Positions 9,068 to 11,098 of a DNA stretch of 11,098 bases are shown here, piece after piece. Position 1 is the first letter of the stretch; every line of letters begins with the position of its first letter. The DNA is from Tubiluchus corallicola (taxonomy: Eukaryota; Animalia; Priapulida), in assembly GCA_030141605.1 (NCBI GenBank), contig JAQGDQ010001870.1, forward strand, positions 1-11,098, given 5' to 3'. The notes beneath the pieces are model-generated. The model was given only the letters and a program-made list of their open reading frames with translations, was not told the DNA's origin and did no database searches. Both the position numbers and the translations under genes were made by a program.

Positions 9068-9512
9068 CAGTGCTTCTCTTAAAATGACCATTGAGTTGTA
9101 TTCTAGGGGAATTAATGCTAGCAGTGGACAGTTTTCTCTATGAAGCAGTTGATTTTGGTTTTGAAGTTCAGTAAGGTCAACAGTGCTCCTTTTAAAATGA
9201 CCATTGAGTCGTATTCTAGGAGAAATTAGCAGGTGACTGTCTGCCCTATAAAGCAGTTGATTTTGGTTTTGAAGGTCAGTAGGGTCAATAGTGCTGCTTT
9301 TAAAGTGACCATTTAGTCGTATTCTAGAGGAAGTTATACTAGCAGATGACTGTATGCCCTATGAAGCAGTTGATTTTGGTTTTGAAGGTCAGTAGGGTCA
9401 ACAGTGCTGCTTTTAAAGTGACCATTTAGTCGTATTCTAGAGGAAGTTATACTAGCAGATGACTGTATGCCCTATAAAGCAGTTAATTTTGGATTTGAAG
9501 TTAAGTAGGGTC
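9068..9512. repeat. Tandem repeat, about 113-bp unit, 4 copies
   Basis: Unit starts (C/T)AGTGCT at 9068, 9181, 9289 and 9402. Shared cores are TGACCATTnAGTnGTATTCTAG and AAGCAGTTGATTTTGGTTTTGAAG. Units 3 and 4 are nearly identical over their first 70 bp or so. Confidence 0.95.
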
Positions 9513-9766
9513 TCGTGTTTGGTTTGAGTTCCAAATAGAAGTAGCCCAAAAGCATTCTGTTTTAGCAATTTATCAGTCCACTTGATTATTATTGACTGTT
9601 GGTCTCTTCATTATTAAATTTTATTCGGTTGCTAAAATGGATCGCGGTTTGCATTCAAGCCGCCTAGTGTTGTAAGAGATTTTTCTATTTATCAATTAGT
9701 TCCTGAGCTCCACATTAGAATTTTGTTTGAATCTGCAGGGCTGGCAGAAGTTGCCAGACTCTCTTA

Positions 9767-10253
9767 GGCCCGTTTCACAGCGAGGACGCAAGCAAAAATG
9801 AGGCACGGAACTGCTGTCAGAAAATTTTCTGAAAATTTCTTATTTTTCGCGAAATCCCAAGCAGCAAGAAAGTGCATTTCACAGTGGAACCGGGTGTCCG
9901 GTTAGCTGTAGCGAGCATGTGAATTAACTTATGCTTGCTGTACTTATCATATACAAAGTACAATTAATAATGTTAGTCAACGTAATGTCAGACCTGATTG
10001 TTTTTTTGGTAAAGTTGAAGTTCTGACCACTTGAAAATCTGAAAATATACTGATTCCCCACGAAAATGTAACACGCAATATTTGTACCGAGCAGCAAAAT
10101 TCCCCACGAGGAGGACACATAGCTTCTAGCTGCCAGCAGAATTTGTCACTAGGAACTGCACAATGAATTTTTCCGCGCATCCTCACTGTGAAATATCGCC
10201 AGAGAAAACAATCTGTGCCATTTTTGCTGCGCGTCTTCAGTGTGAAATGGGCC
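9767..10253. mobile_element. Complete PIF/Harbinger (Tourist-like) MITE (487 bp)
   Basis: TIRs GGCCCGTTTCACA and TGTGAAATGGGCC match at 12 of 13 positions and extend imperfectly to about 42 bp (9767-9809 vs 10212-10253). The 3-bp TSD TTA lies at 9764-9766 and 10254-10256. TTA/TAA TSDs are diagnostic of PIF/Harbinger. Confidence 0.88.
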
Positions 10254-10398
10254 TTAGACTGGATATTGGTATAAATATCATCTCTCTGCACTAGACCGTG
10301 TTTTTGTAAACTGAACTTGTCACATAATGCATTATATATAAGAGAATAACATATTTAATACATTTAATTCAGACAAGTATTGGTTACTCGTAAACTAG

Positions 10399-10488
10399 TA
10401 GGGATGAGCATTCTCCAGGGAAAGCGATTTCGAATCAAACTTGTAACTTTCGAACTCGAATCAAATTCATATTTAAATATTTTCGAAG
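10399..10488 (+). mobile_element. Possible truncated end of an Ac-like hAT non-autonomous element
   Basis: Starts TAGGGATGAGC (maize Ac TIR is YAGGGATGAAA) and is followed by four TCGAA subterminal-like motifs at about 10430-10487. No matching CATCCCTA end was found in the window. Confidence 0.4.
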
Positions 10489-10559
10489 CCGTAATAAAAA
10501 AACAGTTTTGCTGAGATCGTGCGTATTATTTGATTTCATTCTGCAGCAAAAATTTATTT

Positions 10560-10799
10560 AAAAATCAAGCTCACAATTTCCTGCGTGTAAGCTGCTTATA
10601 CATAAAAGAAAATTCTGACAAAGTGTTTGTGGCGTGTTAAGCGTTCTGACAATGCGCTTTAGACCACAGATAAAAAATTGGAATTAGAGGTCAGTTAAGA
10701 TAGATATTTATCAGAAAAATCAAATTCATAATTTTCTGCGAGTAAGCTGCTTATATATATAAAAGAAAATTCTGGCAAACTGTTTGTGGCGTGTTAAGC
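10560..10799. repeat. Diverged direct duplication of about 84 bp, 155 bp apart
   Basis: 10560-10642 and 10715-10799 share GTAAGCTGCTTATA, ATAAAAGAAAATTCTG and TGTTTGTGGCGTGTTAAGC. Confidence 0.9.
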
Positions 10800-10923
10800 T
10801 CATAGTGACATACCTGCACTCTTGTCGTGGAGGTGGCAAACAGTAAGTTTCGCATGATCCTGAAAATAAAGGAGAAGATGTTATCATCTAGGATGCTGCA
10901 GTTTTTATGCAGCGTCTAATCCT

Positions 10924-10939
10924 ATTGCGCCTGCGCAAT
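10924..10939. promoter_or_regulatory. NRF1/ewg/P3A2-type site
   Basis: TGCGCCTGCGCA at 10926-10937 within the near-palindrome ATTGCGCCTGCGCAAT. Motif match only. Confidence 0.3.
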
Positions 10940-10962
10940 GTTTTTTTAAATTTTTACTCTAC

Positions 10963-11098
10963 ATAAAGGAAAAACCAGATGATTATGTGGAGATTAGTTC
11001 AAAATAAAGTATGCTCTGAATTATTGAAGACTACAACAGCTTTCTTAAATCGAAGCTTAGATTAAATAAAAATTGCTTCTGATAGTTAAATTTTGTTC
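10963..11098 (+). mobile_element. Second diverged copy of the Kolobok-like end at 3490, running off the window edge
   Basis: Begins ATAA|AGGAAAAACCAGATGATT and is colinear with 3490-3625 to the end of the window. Homology starts at the TAAAGG terminus. Confidence 0.65.

Noticed and set aside
9880-10190. RSS-like heptamers CACAGTG (9880) and CACTGTG (10184) suggesting a RAG/Transib element
   Set aside because: No ACAAAAACC-like nonamer follows the 9880 heptamer at 12 or 23 bp spacing, and both heptamers are explained as Harbinger TIR-core repeats.

Overview
This window looks like AT-rich, repeat-dense, non-coding eukaryotic DNA, most likely from an invertebrate animal (inferred from repeat and motif content). 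I find no credible protein-coding gene: the long ORFs come from (CT)n and (AAC/AGC)n tracts. Well-supported features are a complete 601-bp hAT-type MITE (perfect 15-bp TIRs, 8-bp TSD) carrying a CT microsatellite, a complete 487-bp PIF/Harbinger-type MITE (TTA TSD), four local tandem arrays (units of about 85-86 and 112-113 bp), and a trinucleotide low-complexity block. Less certain are Kolobok-like (TTAA|AGG) transposon ends, a tRNA-derived Pol III unit fused to the end of the 85-bp array, and a few promoter-type motifs (ETS-CRE, NRF1, CRE/YY1). The satellite-plus-tRNA-like composite is the most unusual item. The sequence alone does not establish a new biological system.
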